Below are positions 14,509 to 14,558 of a DNA stretch of 14,558 nucleotides, piece by piece; position 1 is the stretch's first letter; every line of letters starts with the position of its first letter. Both the position numbers and the translations under genes were made by a program. The DNA is from Methanospirillum sp. (GTDB lineage: Archaea > Halobacteriota > Methanomicrobia > Methanomicrobiales > Methanospirillaceae), in assembly GCF_028679455.1 (NCBI RefSeq), contig NZ_JAJRBM010000005.1, forward strand, positions 1-14,558. Reading direction: 5' to 3'. The notes under the pieces were generated by a model that did not search any database, was not told where the DNA came from, and saw nothing but the letters and a program-made list of their open reading frames with translations.

Positions 14509-14558
14509 GGTGCACCAGATACCTGCAAAAATTATCTGAGCGATTAAAAATATTATTG

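Noticed and set aside
14505-14558. Possible plus-strand gene start (ATGAGGTGCACC…) running off the window
   Set aside because: Only 18 codons are visible, there is no clear RBS, and the start sits inside the palindromic element. It cannot be supported without flanking sequence.
1-14558. CRISPR arrays, tRNA/rRNA genes, IS elements or integrases
   Set aside because: There are no regularly spaced direct repeats, no tRNA-like cloverleaf or GTTC-box candidates in the intergenic regions, and no transposase- or integrase-like ORFs.

Overview
This window looks archaeal, from a methanogen (Methanomicrobiales-like) chromosome. I infer that from gene content (NTPase_1, DUF4013, DUF364), TATA-type promoters, oligo-T terminators and roughly 45-50% G+C; no taxonomic search was possible. 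I can support about 15 protein-coding genes, and I see no rRNA, tRNA or CRISPR array.

Left third: a CheY-like single-domain receiver (214-594) and a minus-strand pair. The pair is a THEP1-type P-loop NTPase (1300-1884) followed 8 nt later by a secreted protein gene (632-1291) with a signal peptide, N-glycosylation sequons and a PT-rich linker, interrupted by one in-frame TAA. Divergent from these is a translationally coupled plus-strand pair: a PflA/AmrS-like radical SAM enzyme carrying an extra Cys cluster and a C-terminal FecB/BtuF-like (class III periplasmic-binding-protein fold) domain (2081-3781), and a class I SAM methyltransferase (3781-4563). I consider this cluster the most likely undescribed system in the window.

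Middle: a visibly more A/T-rich islet containing a 606-aa flotillin-like SPFH/band-7 protein with four tandem N-terminal repeats (4769-6589) and a tail-anchored zinc-ribbon protein (6649-6972).

Right half: a DUF364 protein (6991-7857, minus) divergent from a split molybdate/tungstate uptake locus with long gaps. The locus is modA (8072-8878), a stand-alone TOBE/Mop gene (9264-9473), modB (9711-10523) and a modC lacking its TOBE domain (10523-11275). After it come a DUF4013 membrane protein (11345-12010, minus), a 560-bp A/T-rich gap with a candidate leaderless small ORF, and an NCS2 nucleobase permease (12614-14317, minus) whose C-terminal ~135 aa look like an RsbW-type GHKL domain.
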